Source: Octopus vulgaris (taxonomy: Eukaryota). Taken from it: 64,000 nucleotides of DNA. Below, in pieces: positions 1 to 64,000 of the stretch (position 1 is its first letter; every line of letters starts with the position of its first letter). The stretch is taken from contig OX597820.1 of NCBI GenBank assembly GCA_951406725.2, positions 21,390,001 through 21,454,000 of the forward strand, written 5' to 3'. The notes under the pieces were generated by a model. It ran no database searches. It had not been told where the DNA came from and was given only the letters and a program-made list of their open reading frames with translations. The position numbers were made by a program, and so were the translations under genes.

Positions 1-242
1 CAGGCCATACCCTTTCTAGTTAGAAAGTCTTTTCCAGATAATGATATGTATGACCCAAGATATTTGTAATCAGAAACCATATTTAAGGGCGCATTGTTGA
101 GAGTATGGATGATGCAATCACTGTTGGACAGGCACTTGTTTATGTAGTTTATGTTAGGTAGTTAACTATTGCCTAGTCTATGCATATAAACAAGGATAGG
201 AATGAGTAAAATAACAGAATTTTAAAAGAATGAGAATACTTA

Positions 243-63932
<63,690 letters not shown>

Positions 63933-64000
63933 CTGTAAAAATATATATAAGTGTTATTAATTTGTTATCACGTCAATGTCTATATTCAGTTCGAATTTAC

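Overview
AT-rich, repeat-dense animal DNA, most likely an octopus (inferred from the SINE/RTE repeat families, a GT-rich invertebrate nad4 NUMT and a mollusc-type twitchin). The whole window is the interior of one minus-strand gene, the giant sarcomeric kinase twitchin (unc-22 family). I traced 52 exons by hand (about 8.5 kb CDS, about 2,840 aa). All have GT..AG boundaries and every junction is in phase. They read Ig2-(IgFn2)2-IgFn3-IgFn2-IgFn3-Ig2Fn2-Ig2Fn-linker-kinase, and both gene ends lie outside the window. Introns hold tRNA-derived SINEs, RTE/CR1/R4-type LINE fragments, Tc1/mariner- and piggyBac-type MITEs, a Helitron and microsatellites. The most unusual observations are: (1) a 1.4-kb 21-bp minisatellite whose unit resembles the neighbouring exon's own 5' splice site; (2) a piggyBac-type MITE carrying a 76-bp copy of the adjacent exon's 3' splice site, which would lead to a stop codon; (3) several minimal hammerhead-ribozyme motifs of the Penelope type; (4) an intronic nad4 NUMT with an internal 21-bp expansion; (5) a ~225-nt foldback hairpin beside an exon. 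Repeat family names are recognised from memory, not from database searches, and repeat boundaries are approximate.
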